NCBI GenBank assembly: GCA_051047955.1
Contig: JBPGPT010000002.1
Coordinates: 1,116,001 to 1,180,000, forward strand
Length of the DNA: 64,000 nt
Direction: 5' to 3'
From: Cystobasidiomycetes sp. EMM_F5
Lineage: Eukaryota
Below are positions 1 through 13,000 of the stretch, piece after piece (the stretch's first letter is position 1; each line of letters starts with the position of its first letter). The position numbers and the translations under genes are program-made. A model generated the notes under the pieces. That model made no database searches, had not been told where the DNA came from, and saw only the letters and a list, made by a program, of their open reading frames with translations.

Positions 1-1504
1 GCGCGCCTACAGCCAGGGTGACAGACAAGACGGTAGGCATAGCAATAGGGATACCGCCGATAAGGAGGACGAGAATGTTATCAAGTCCGCGTCGGTAACT
101 GTAGCGGAAGCCGGCGTAAAGGACCAAGATCTCGGCCACAATGAAGATACCGATGGATACCAGGCAAAAAGTACCAATCTGTGCCAGAATCTTCTGCAGA
201 TGTCCAGCTGAATCATCGTCCTGTCCAACCAGAGTAGCAGCGCGGCCGAAAAAGGTGTTGGCGCCCGTAGCAATGACAACGCCCTCGGCTTCTCCCTGTT
301 TACATGTGGAAGACGAGTAGCATTGATCACCAACCTTCTTATTCTGTGGAAGCGATTCGCCAGTAAGAGCAGCCTGATCTATGGAGACATTGATGGCGTC
401 GTATAAGCGGCAATCTGCAGGAACAATATCGCCAATCTTGAATGCAATAACGTCGCCCGGAACGAGGTCTGCAGCATCCATGTCTTTCCATTCGCCATCC
501 CGACGTGCTCTGGCCTTGGGTGCCAGCTGTTTCATAAGGGCTTGGACTGCATTGCCTGCACTGCGTTCCTCGTAGAATCCAATCTGTACATCATTGAGGG
601 GGATTGACAGAAGAGGCGAATTTGATGTGTGTACACAGGCGTGAGATTAGTGGTCAGAAACTGCGAGCTTTTGCTCTTCACGGATGCGTGTGGCAATACT
701 CACTGCTGAATTGATTAAGAGTAGTAGGACGATACCGACAAAGTCTTGCCAGTCGGGCGGCTTCCCTTCTCCATTGGACAGAGCAATAGCGACGAGTGCT
801 GCACCCTCCATGACCCATGAAAGGGGATTCCACATGAAAGAGCTGGCGGATCCATCTGATTAACAATAGATCTTCCAGAGACACACGTCCGCTGGTCACT
901 CACAGGAACTGAAGAAACGCATTGTCTTTCTTCGCTTCGAGCCGATTCGGCCCAAAGATTGCAGTGCGCTCTGCAGCTTCTTCTTTGGTGAGACCACTCT
1001 CTGTAGTTCTGCGGTCGGAGAAAAGGGAGCAAGGTCGATCGCGTCAGATTGGATATCTCCGACAGTGACAGGGCAGGAAATACTCACCTAAGCAGCTGCC
1101 AGACATCCTCGAGGACAATCTTGTCAAGGTCAACCTTGTCCTTGTCGTACTATCACACAATCAGTCGAACAGTAAGATATGTATTCGACGCCACAAGCCA
1201 GAGGGTGGGCAGCAGTGCACTATCCACAACATACCAGGTCTTCCGCCTTCAGCTCAATCGTCGACATGTCCACAAAAGCGTGCTGAGCGGCCTCTTCGTC
1301 GGCGTGTGCATTCTTCGGGCATCAATCCAGCTACATTTTAGCCTGAAACGTCAAAACCACATTAAAACGACGCAGACTCACATCCGCAGCGTCGAATCTG
1401 CCGGCTTTCGAGGGTTTCTCTGCTGCAATCGCGACTTTATCTTCTGCTGCGGTCATCGTTGGCGATGTGCCGGCTGCCGAGGCCTTCTCGTTCATGTCCG
1501 CCAT
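1..1504 (-). CDS. PMA1: Plasma-membrane H+-ATPase (P3A ATPase), 5' part; gene runs off the left edge; multi-exon
   Basis: Spliced translation gives MADMNEK... then [89 protein letters not shown] (TGES) and [22 protein letters not shown], all hallmark P3A H+-ATPase motifs. Confidence 0.96.
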
Positions 1505-2447
1505 GGTGCAGATTTATCGGCTGCTGCGATTGTTGATGTTGGCACCGCGACGACTGAAACACAGCCAGACAAGCCAACTCACGGGAAATAATTCCAAAAA
1601 GGTTCACAGACAGTGCCAGCTGAGTAAAGGACGTGTTATGTTTGACAGCGTGCTAAGCGAGCCGGCGGGTTTCGAGGAGTTGCACAGGGCGCGCGTATGG
1701 GTGAAATGGGTGTAAAGTCGACACCACAAATGAGAAATGCAAGTTGCGAAGAAAGCGGAGCAGTGCAAACGAGTGCGGATATCGTATAGAGAGCACTAGT
1801 CAGCCCGGAAACGCCGAGAAAAATCGGTATTCTGCGATGGAGCGACTCGACGGGTTTGTCCAGCCATTTCGCTTGGACGGGCCATGTTTATGGCGCACCC
1901 ACTGCACTTGGCACTGTTCAGCGTATGGACAAATGAGCATATACGTACAATATGAGCTGCTTGACGAGCAATGGCGGACACCTTATGCCCAAACAAATCA
2001 GGCCGCTGTCGTCGAGAAGCGGCGAGCTGTCGTCTGGGCAGCTGCAGCTGGCGACTGGATGGAGCAGATAGAAGGACACAGGTGTTCACCAGATGACAGT
2101 GGGAGACCTACAACAACCCCCTGTGCTGGTCTTTGCTCGCCGTCTCAACAGTGAATGGCAGCCCTGCTTGGTCAGGCATCGCGGATGGTCTCCGCACCAC
2201 TTCCACCCATACACGCCTTCTTCACGGCATCGCAAGGCAACGACCAAATGTCCATCATCACGTCTATCTATAGTCATGCCGGATGCAGCTCGGTTACTCC
2301 GCCTTTTACGCCCTCGGATCCGATGGTCTGCATATCGTCGAAAGGGAATCCACCAAAGGTTTGGTCATTTCTATACAACTGTGGGAAGTTTACGGATACA
2401 ATGAAACGGCTGAACATACGTAATCGACTGCTTCATCCCTGGGACCG

Positions 2448-3108
2448 TCACGTCTTCCCAGCCCTCGCTGCCGACAGAGCCAGCATCGCTGCCTCATAGC
2501 GGTCATTCGGAGCAGGGTCCATTGCTAGCGACTGCTTTGTTTGTGAAGCTTCCCATGGCCGATCACCGTCCTTTGGCAGATCCCCGCTTGTAGACGTATA
2601 AGGGGTCGCCAAGTACGGGTGACGAGCAATCTCTTTGGCGGAGGGCATCGCCAACCTAGTTGGTGCCGATGGAGATTTGACCGTATGAGGTGTATAACTA
2701 GAAGAAGTGTTACTCTGTGGTCGTGATGAAACGGAAGATGGGGGATGAGCATGTCGGCGGTCCTTCCCAGTTGAGACGCTGTAGAACTCGCTTCGACGAT
2801 GGCTGCGGGCTTCTTTATGCGAGGAAGAGTTTGGTGTAGTGTATGCTACAATGAGATCCGCAAGACTCGCCATGACGAAAGCCAGCAGGATCAGCGCAGC
2901 GACGGTCCAGAGGAGATGTCGAAACTGAAAGAGCAAGCCTCAACTCAGTTGTCACCGGATGGAATACGGCAGCAGCAAGGTGTCAACTGACTTGATAGAG
3001 CCATCCGTACAGCATTGAAACGATGGCGTATGCTGCTCGTCCTAGGAGAGATAGCGGACTCAAGACTGGCCAGAGGAGCACTCGCACCATTCTCCACGGC
3101 GAAAACAT
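2448..3108 (-). CDS. Hypothetical membrane protein (2 exons; hydrophobic N-terminus, S/P-rich tail)
   Basis: ATG at 3108 (MFSPWRMVRVLLWP...); intron 2925-2991 (GTCAGT...CAG) joins in frame to FRHLLWTVAALILLAFVMASLADLIVAY... ending at 2448. No family recognised. Confidence 0.55.
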
Positions 3109-3438
3109 AGTACATATGCCAATGATTGGATGCAGATGTTTGAAGCAGCAAGAGCTCGTCGACTGCTCTGTCCCTTCAGGCAGCTATCAGAACAGACCGG
3201 AGTTGAAGCAAGCGGCAACACACCTTCCTTACTCTCACCAGCAGACTTGACCGAGCTGCCAGGTTTTCGTTTAGATATTGATGTAAGACTGAAACGACAT
3301 GCGGGCATAGTGCTCTTCGTTCGTCTACTCTAATAAACCTAATAAGCGCAACAACACCACTGCAAATGTGCGATATCACTGATTCGACTGATTAGACTGT
3401 CTATCCGGAAATGTATCTGCCCTTTTCGTAGGCAGGTA

Positions 3439-4641
3439 TCAGGCAGTGGAAGCGGTGTGCTGCGTACCCGACTGATCCCCATTAGCAAGTTGTCGTACAG
3501 CAGCTGTACTTTGCGGAGCGTCCGAAATAGCCGTTCTGACTGTGGCTGCATTTGCGAAGGAAGCCTCCCCTGATGCATTCTCGACACCGCTGTTGCCAAG
3601 CTCTCCTGCATCCATCACCCTCACAGCGGCTATTGGTTGGCTGGGTGCAGCATCATCGACCGGTCGTGTCGATTCAGCATTGTCGATATTGCCGTTCACT
3701 GCTCCATTGGTAGGCCGAGAGCGAGGTATCCACGGCTCTGCAATCTGCTCGAGCGTCTTGTCACTCGCTCCGCCATACACTTTTGGCAAAACGTCCTTCA
3801 AGCTCGGCGCGGCTTTGGCCACATCCTGCTGTCCTGCGACGAGGACGAATTTGTCGATGAGTTCTTGGCTGAGTAGATACTTGAATGCAGTAAATAGGAC
3901 GCGGATGAAGAGCGGTACAGATACAAAGATGCTCTGTCGCATCACTTCGACGTAGTGCTGTGTTTTCGGCAGATTCAGATTAGGGTGTAGTCAAACGAAA
4001 GAGAGGGAGAAACAGCCTACTGCCGTCATTGGAGGCACGATAGCTCTTGACGCGTTGCGCGTGTAAGAGTCGAGTTTCCACATTGACACGTCTGTGTAGT
4101 CTGACACTTGGACGCCAAGCTTGGTGTCTTCTGTCCCGTCGCCAGTGTAGTCTTGTATGTTGAGGGCGCCGACTGCTCTCTCCTGCAACCCTACACGCCA
4201 TCGCAGGTATGCTTCGACGGGGAAGAATGCGGCTTTCGTGTCTTTGCTCGCAGGGCCTGCGCGGGCGTTCAGTCGTCAAGATGGACAGTAATGAGTGCGA
4301 CGATATATCAACACACCAAAAAGTGACCAGCAGACTGAATCGTTCCCCACGGTCGTAATGTAAGCCAGACCATTGTACTGCGAACCGTGATCCTCCTCGT
4401 AGGCTGCCGAGAGCGGATTGAACTCTCTCCTCCATTTAAGCGTCTCTGTGAGCTTCCTGACAGTCACCTCGACGTCGTTGTTTCTCGCTCGCAGGTTCTT
4501 TGCAATCAGCAGCCGGACGGGGGGCGTCGCTGGCTGGACGCCCATATCAATCCCGTACAGCTCAGAATGGCCGGCTTCCTCGATTATGCTGGGGAGCCGG
4601 GCAGCTACGGCGTCGATACTCTGGCTGGTGACCACAATCAT
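3439..4641 (-). CDS. SFH5: Sec14/CRAL-TRIO phosphatidylinositol transfer protein, Sfh5-like
   Basis: GHSELYGIDM, LIAKNLRARNNDV...LTETLKWRREFNP, YLRWRVGLQERAV, QVSDYTDVS, HYVEVMRQSIFVSVP across 3 exons match the Sfh5 subfamily pattern. Confidence 0.8.
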
Positions 4642-4970
4642 GGTGAGGGTGCTCGAGTAAAGTTGAAGAGTCTCCAATTTGTAGACTTGAACTTGTCAAC
4701 TTTTTGGAGAGTGTGCCTGAGAACGGACACCTGTACAGCTGGCACAATCAGATTAGCCAGAATATCAAAGGCAGCTTTCGGAGACCGATAGACGCATTAA
4801 TCATATGTTACAGAGTCATTCAATATACTTGTATCCCCCAAAAGCAGCACTTTGCTCGAGCCATGATAAGCGATTTGAGTGATCATGCGGACCGAGATCA
4901 AGCTTGAGATTTCTCGACGAGGCTTGAATGAATACAATACTGCTCAAAGGAAACAAGACTTTCCGCAACC

Positions 4971-7204
4971 ATGACCACCAACGGCGTCTCCTCCGACGTG
5001 CTATCGAGTATCCTGCACGAACTCCGCGAGCTCCGGGCTTCCCAGGGTGTCCTCGAGGAGCGGTTATCGCAGCTCGCAGTCGCAGGCAGCCAGAGTCCGC
5101 TCATACGTCCAGCCTCGTCGTCCACCCTCTCTGCGCTTGTACAGCCCCTCTCGTCGTCACCGTCCCAGTCCCAGCCTGTGAGCATTCCTGGTAATGGCTC
5201 GGCTACACCCCTCCAGCTCGAATCTCCTCAGCTCGGTCCATCGTCCCCCCCGGCTGCAAGTATCATCGGCGCACTGCACTCGCGAAAGATGTCCACTTCA
5301 GACAACAACGCCGCAAAGCAAGAGTACATCAACTGGGCAAGGAGCAGCCCACAGCCCCAGCCCCAAACTTCCGACCGTGCTCTCTTCCCGTCCAGAGTAG
5401 TTTTGACGAGTGAGTGAGAGCACAGCATTCACGTATGCTATCTGATTCTTCATATAAGCCTACCCCGGTCAGGTCGGCGTGAACCCCTTGCCGCTAAAGT
5501 GGGCAGCGTCTACGGCACAGGAACGTGGACCCATTCTCGCATCTCGTCAAAAGATATCGCTCGGCTTGCGCAATGCCATCGGTGCCTACGGTGGTGCATA
5601 CTCTGTCTACCACGCCCTGTCTGTGGCAATCGGAGCTCTCGACCCCAACCAGCGACCAAACTATACAAACACCGAGCCGACATTCGAGGTTCCACCAAAC
5701 CCTTCCTGGTTTGACCCTACAAAGATTGTGACGCTCGATCCGTGGGGTCATCGTGTTCAAACGGATTTCAAAGCCCAGATTGATGCCGGCATTGACATCC
5801 GCCCTACGCTGTCCATCACTCGTGCCCATCTAAAGATTGCAGAACTCGATGATGCGGTAAAGGCTGGTCGTATCCAAGTCGATGGCAAGATTGTCATACC
5901 CTCCTCTGCCGCGACGATGGCAGATATGGTTGCAGCCAACAACGCCGACAAGCTCGACACTCAAGCACAAGAGACGCTCAAGACCATCGCCAAGGATGCA
6001 GGAGTTGAAGTCAACGTGTCCAAAGTCGCCTTTGAGCATGTATGGTACCTCCCAGGTGTAGCCCAACGACTAGGTGTTTCCGAGACGCTCCTCCGTCGTT
6101 GCTTGTTTGAGGATACTGGCGGAATGTGTGAGTGCCAGCTATCTTTGAACACGGTAGGTTGACTGAGCTCTTCATATTTTGACGCAGACCCAGAGCTCCT
6201 GACCCGTCAAGATCTCAAGACTTTCCTGCCGCCTATCGGTGGCGGTACTTGCTACATCTTTGGCAAGACCGACGCTCTTCGTGATCCCAGCATCAGTAGG
6301 TCGATACATACATCAGTATTCGATGTCGCGGGCTGACTGACAGCACTCGAACAGACCTCGCTTGTCGTGTACACGATGCCTGCAGCGGATCTGACATCTT
6401 TGGCGTACGTGCTACCCCAGGTTCGGTGGTGTGATACAAAAGCTAAGCATCGTTTCAATTCTTCAGTCCGATATCTGCACGTGTCGACCATACCTGCTTC
6501 ACGGTATCGAAGAGGCCATCAAGTGTGCCCAAAAGGGCGGTGTAGGCCTCATCGTCTACTTCCAAAAGGAAGGTCGTGCTCTTGGAGAGGTTACAAAGTA
6601 CCTCGTGTACAATGCGAGAAAGAGAGGCGGTGACAGCGCTTCGTACTATTTCCAACGTACAGAGAACATCGTGAGTGTCGTTTTGACTGGGTTTAAGCGT
6701 GCGCACTGACGGTCTCTTGTGATTGTTCAGGCCGGTGTAAAGGATATGCGTTTCCAGTCCTTCATGCCAGATATCCTCCATTGGCTCGGCGTCAAGAAGG
6801 TGCGTGCGAGACAGAGTGAGGCTACTTTAATACAACGCTTACGGAGCTTGCCTCACAGATCCACGATTTGTACTCTATGAGTGACATGAAATACGATGCC
6901 ATCACCTCTTCTGGCATTGAAGTTCTCAACCGTCATGATATTCCAGACTACCTCGTTCCCCCTGACTCGGCTGTCGAGATCCAGGCCAAGGCGAGTCGAA
7001 ATGTGTCTGCGACAATGTGCGAGGGTATGACTGACATGGTCACACCTCTATTAGATCAACGCAGGGTACTTCTCAAGCAAGGGACATGTCGCAACAGAGG
7101 ACTTGTCCAAAACTGTGGGACGGTGAGTGGGATTGTCGACAGAAACAGACGCGTGCTGACTCATAAAACATTGCAACAGAGCTTGGGAAGAGTTGGAACA
7201 TTAA
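4971..7204 (+). CDS. urg1: Uracil-regulated protein 1 (Urg1)-type GTP cyclohydrolase II-like protein
   Basis: YPGQVGVNPLPLKW, RNAIGAYGGAYSVYHAL, DIRPTLSITRAHL, VWYLPGVAQRLGVSETLLRRCLFEDTGGM, RVHDACSGSDIFGSDICTCRPYL, KEGRALGEVTKYLVYNARKR and AGVKDMRFQ; about 9 exons; stop TAA at 7202-7204. Confidence 0.92.
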
Positions 7205-7606
7205 ATCTAGACGACAAGCGGGGCAACTTACACATTAGCAATGAGACGGGCTAGACTGGCCGGAAAGCGATTGCAAGGCATAACGGGCCCAGCCAGTGTA
7301 ACATTGAAGCAGCGTTCTCGAATGCTGAAACAGTGACGAGACTACTTTACCCTGCTTTTGTCTTTCTTTTGCGGTTGTACGCGAGTGTTCGTTGCGATCA
7401 GCGTTATGTCGAGTTCGCTACGACAGAGCCCAGCCCAGCTTGAGACTTGCATACAAACCTGCCAGGAAGTTGTGCTGCAACCATACTGCGAGCTGCATTC
7501 TGAGCTGGACTTTGCGGCGCTCCGGCTTCCTGACACTTCGACGTCAAGGCTACGCCAAAGAGGCCGACCCATTCCTCGAGGCATACATTACAAGCAACAG
7601 CCAGCC

Positions 7607-9675
7607 ATGGACGGAGCAGACTCGAGCAGTGCCAGCCTTGACCTGGTAAGCTGGCTCAAAGTACCGCTGGCTCGTCAGGCATCGTTACTCGTATGCGCGA
7701 AACAGGGCATTTCGTGCTGCAAAAGACGAGAATGATGCATTGGATATATCGCAAAACTCGCGTACAGTACGACTCGCTAACTGCTGTTGTCCCACTCTTC
7801 TCGCCAGGTATTTATAATGGACTGCACGGGCAGCATGGGGTCATACGTGAGTCGTGGTGATTCTCTATAAAATTACAATGTTGAGCACTCGTGCCTAATC
7901 TCTTTACACGTTCTTCTATGAATGTCCACGTTGATGTGCGCCTCGTCTCTGCTTCTCTGCGCACAAAATCCAACATCCCAACGTGGCCGATGTCAACAGA
8001 TCGCCTCGGCCACCCAAAACATCGAAGCCATCTGTGAAGAGATTGTACGGTCTGAAAAGCTCCCATCAGCACAGAGTCTACGTCTGGCAATAGTGGCCTA
8101 TCGTGATCATCCTCCGCAAGACGAGACGTATGTCACAAAGAATCTGCCATTCACAAGTGACGTAGGGCAAGTAAAGGAGTTTCTCAAGTCCTTGTACGCG
8201 TCAGGCGGTGGAGATGGACCGGAAGCAGTCACTGCGGCCATGCATGAATGCCTGAGTCTGGAGTGGAGACAGGAAGCGAGTAAGATGGCAGTTCTCGTGG
8301 CCGATGCACCACCTCACGGCATCGGCGAGTATGGCGATGGCTTTAGCAATGGTGATCCTTGTGGTGGGTAATCATAAATACTTCCACATGTATGAGCAGC
8401 CTGCTGATTCGGCAAGAACAGGCCAAGATCCTCTTCAAATAGCACGTCTGATGGCGACTCTCGGAATAGCATTTGTGAGCCACTCTGACATTTAGCAGCT
8501 CAGTCGACGTACTGACACGCTCTTCGTATGCTTTACAGTTCGTAGTCGCATGCGAGCCCGCGTTATCACAATATTCTGTAAGACACGGCCCAAATCGCCT
8601 CCGAATGACACGCACTGACCCTCTTTTGTCGTCATCCGGGATCTGCAGAAAGCAACCGACTTCTTTAGAGCGCTGTCACAATTATCGGCTGGTATGATGT
8701 TACCACTCACGAATGCTGCACTGCTGGCTCGCGTCATTGTTGGATCTGCATTGGAACACCTCGACATGGACAGACTCATCCAGGAAGTCGGAGCGGCGGT
8801 TGCTATGCGCATTCACGGTAATCAAGAGAGTGTCGATGAAGTAGCCAGGCAGTTGCATGAAAGCCTGGCTCTGAGGTATGTGTGCATGCGCGTCAAGTTG
8901 CCTTTCCGAATTCTAAAACCAATGAATTGCAGAAACGAAAACACAAAACAGCTCGTAGTCGAGAATATCTATGTGAGTTACGGAGATTGTTGTGTGAAGT
9001 GTCTTGACCGCTGAGCCTGTGTATGTTCGGTCGACTAGCGCGATACGCCAGAAGCGCGGCACAATGTCGACGTCTGGATGAAGTAAGTGTGCAGAAAGGT
9101 ATCTGCCTACCCTTGCTGGATGCTAATAATGATGTAGTGCCCCGGATATCGCGTCGGCCAAACCGCACATCAAGCGCATAACTGGATCCAGATTTACTGA
9201 GAAATACCTGGAACAGCGCTATGGAAAGTCATCAGTGTACCGGTCAACTCCGCCTGTGCCGCCTCGCCCAGCGGAATCAACAGAATTATCGAGGAGTCCG
9301 GGTACACCTTCTTCGACCGCGGCGGCACATAGTGGATCTCCATCATCACCGTCACGGAGAGTGGTGTCTAGTTTTGCCGCCTTTTCTGCACCTTCGATGT
9401 CGCTCGAAAGTACTCCTATGGCAGCTGCGCCCAAGCCTGCAGCTATGCATTCAATGTTTGGAGGCTTTGGGGCGCCCGCTGCACCCGCTGCGCCTCCGAG
9501 CGGTGCCGATGGACTGGGGAGCGCATTTGGCAGTATGCGAGACTCGACAGTTGTGGCGAAGGGTGATGATGACGATGAAGACGAGGAAGGTGTTCATCTG
9601 CGGCAAGGAGGTATCTCATTGGACCAAGCCAAGCGTATAACAATGCAATCTGCATGGCGATCATTACGGGCCTGA
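7607..9675 (+). CDS. von Willebrand factor A (VWA) domain protein, stand-alone
   Basis: Spliced start MDGADSSSASLDL|VFIMDCTGSMGSY|IASAT has a MIDAS-like DCTGS; AYRDHPPQD, ASGGGDGPEAV and VLVADAPPHG motifs follow; low-complexity C-terminal tail; no kinase domain seen. Confidence 0.85.
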
Positions 9676-10086
9676 TACACAGAGCGCTTTCCTCTGCGGC
9701 CTAATGTTCTCCTATGCTCCTGTATACTTGGAATGTGTTGTACTTCCATAGTATTCGTAATGCACGCATGGCCGTTATTCTGTTGTATCACCCTAATGCG
9801 AAGCTAGTGCTCGACGTTTCGAAACCTCAGCAAGATCCAACGAAGACTACCCTACATTACGTTACGCTGAGAATAAAAATCTACTTTTACACATTTGATG
9901 CGACTCTGTTGAAGTTGTCTTCTGGGTACACAACTTGGACACTATGACATACTTCATCGAACCTTAGTAGTACATACTGCTGAATAGCTTGACGGCGCAG
10001 CGAAATGGAGACTAAAATGCAACTTTTGACTTCGAGAGTCCATAATGGTTCGAAAATAGGATGGATGAATGAATGTGATGGGTTTG

Positions 10087-13000
10087 CTACATGAGAAGCA
10101 GCGTCCAGCCGCGCGAAAGGGCGATATCCTTCCAGCTTTGAGCGCAGTCTCCCGCTTGTAAAGCGTCTTCGTTGCGCTCCCAGCACTCTTCCAGCACGCT
10201 CCGCAAACTCCATACGTTTCCGCACGGAGCGTGCCATGTGCTATCAAGGCGGCGATGTAGCACACTGCGATCAGCATGGTTTACAGCAGCCGCCCCAGCA
10301 ACGAAGAAAGCCCAGATTCCGCTGATATTGTAATTGGAATCTATGAGATCCCATTTCAATACGAAGCGTACGACAGACTATGATGCGAAAACTCACTTTG
10401 TTCAATATTGCTTAGCAAGTTTACCATTTCGGTAATTCGCATTTGAACGGGAGAATCGTTTGGCGCCATGCCTTGCAATTCCGTGAGCAAGTGTATGCTA
10501 GCCGCCAGACGGAATAGATCAAAGAAGCGCACTGATACCGCACGGTGTATCTGCGCTTCGTTGGCTACGACCGGAGGAAGCACTAATCGTCCAGGTCGAG
10601 CGAATTGTATTTTGCACTCCAAGTCGCGAATTTTCCTTGAATGTTTCGAAATCAGAGCCTGCCGAGCTGCATTTGTAACTTCGTCTAGGCTCTGTACATC
10701 CGAGGAGAGAAGTGCGACCTGTTCCTCTTTTAGTATCGAGATATCATTCAATAAAGCAATGAAGAAGGTTGGCACTCCTTGCAAACCCAAATTGACATAA
10801 TTCTCAGTCACGCTCGAAAGACCAGCAAGGCGTTCTTCTTGCATATCCCACTGTTCGATGATGTCGATGAGGACGCCGAGGGTGTATATCCCAGGTGATA
10901 AATCCCGCAAGTCACCAGGTCGGCGGGCCAAATTGGCCATGACCTCGTACCATACGTGTAGGCGGACCAGGAACTTGAAGTCAGGATTGGCTTGAAGTAT
11001 ATTCTGCCCTAATCTCTCGAAGCGATCATTTATGATGCTTTGAGCTCGACGCGAGAAATGCTGAGACTGCTGAGTCCCTGCGTCGAACGCATAGTAGAGT
11101 GACAAGAATAGTAGGGTGAAGAGACTGATATCATCTTGCTGTTCAAGAGAGCGTACATAGTAGTCGACACTCGATTCGAAGTACAGCAAGCTTTCAGCTC
11201 TCGCCTCCACTGACAGTGGTGACTGATTTATCGTTGCAACAGCCAAGATTGCAAACAACAGCGGCATCGACTCTGCCGCATGCTCTGCGACGAAGGTGCG
11301 GAAAGGGTTGTTCGGATGGTCAACAGTGTTGAACAGCGGACATGTACTGATGAAATCTGGGAAACAGAAAGTTTCAGGATTATGCATTTCTACACCGTCA
11401 CTGAGCAACATTACATACAATGACGAAGCAGTTCGACATGTCGTTTATTTTCCATAGTCTTCATCTGTTCGCGCATCTTTGCCGGTATTGACCAATCGCG
11501 TTCAGATCCTGGATGTATCGGAGGCGGACCCAAGTCCAGTTCCTCCAGCGTGGGAACGTATGGAGATATTGATGACTTGCCTAGCCTGAGTAGATTTCGT
11601 TTGTGTAATTCAGAGTTGCATGAAGCAGCTAACAAAGGATCAATGGCTGGCTGGGCAGTAAAGCTTGGTGCAGGGGCTGCTGGAGCTGGAAGAGCCGGTT
11701 TCTGGGGGTGCGACACACCCAGGGATGTCGGCGACGACGAGGACAGAGTGTTGAAGACAGATGGAGGTGTTCGTGCGCCGGCTTCCATCTTGACAGAATT
11801 ACAACTCGCATTGTCGATTGGCATGGAAGCAGATGGTGGCAAAGAATCCGCCATCAACGGTCCTTGTAATACCTGATGTAGTTGCGGTGGGAGCGGTAAA
11901 GTCAAAGACAGGTCTGACAAGGGTGAGATTGTCGATGATCCCGTGTCTGGCGTGATATTGAATGCCGGCGGCATTGCTTGTGCTTGAGTTTGCTCTGCCA
12001 CATTACCATTGACGGTATTGACGTTCGCACCAGCAAAGTTACCCGGCGCTGGGACATGTAGTGTCAGCCTTGGACTTTTAGCACAGTAAGCATAAGAGAC
12101 TCACGTAAAGGACTATTTGCATTAGCAAAACTCCTAAGCATTTTGTCGACGAACGCTTCGTCATCCCAGTAATTGTTGGGATACGGTGCTGAGGCATTGA
12201 CGGGAATGTTCTTCGAGGGATTAGCGAAACTGAAAAGAGAATCGAAATCTACTGGAGTCGGCACTGCAATGGGAGTAGGATGTGTGACCAATGTCATGGG
12301 TGTTGACGGTGCCGGTGCAGATGAGGGAGTGTCGAGCTGCTGATTGAAGTCCATCATGCGTACATCGGCATCTGGCAATCCTTCGACCACAGATTCCATG
12401 CCGCAAGCCTGGTTGAGTGTCAAAAGAGGTATGTGTGGAAGGCCTGGATATTCGGCAGTGGCAGGAACGTTGAAACTTCCGAACAGCGGTGCAGATAGAG
12501 GACCGGAATTGCTTGCAAACCGAACGTGATGAGGTTGCGTACGAGACGGATCGAAGTTCAGCCCTGGTGGTCTTGGCCAGGAACTTTTGTTGATTTCTGC
12601 ATACGGCAGAGCAACTGCCATTCGATGATGTGGGCTGTTCACTGCCTGTTCGTCTCTGTGCAGGCTCTCAATTGACGAGACAGAGGAGTCTCTTGAAGAA
12701 GCTGGAGTGGACAGAGAGTGATAATCGCGTCCGTGATAATCGCCTCCAAAGCTTGAGGGCGGTGCAGAATTTATCAGATTTCCCGCAGACGCGTGAGTTG
12801 GCGATGGCGCTGGATATGCTGTTCCCGGATTCCGGCTGGCCGTTGCGTCCTCCGAGTAAGTACGGAAGACAGTCGGCCTTTGCGTACGCGTAGCGGGCCG
12901 ACCTAGACGCTCTGAACCGGCAGGGGAGGTGGCAGCAGCAGACACCGGTGTGGCACTGCCCGAACGAGCAGCCTTTGCCAAATTACGTTCGGTTGGGCGT

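Noticed and set aside
7903..7910. TTTACACG shared between the VWA intron and a TF-intron hairpin
   Set aside because: One shared 8-mer between ~100-nt and ~550-nt segments is expected by chance.
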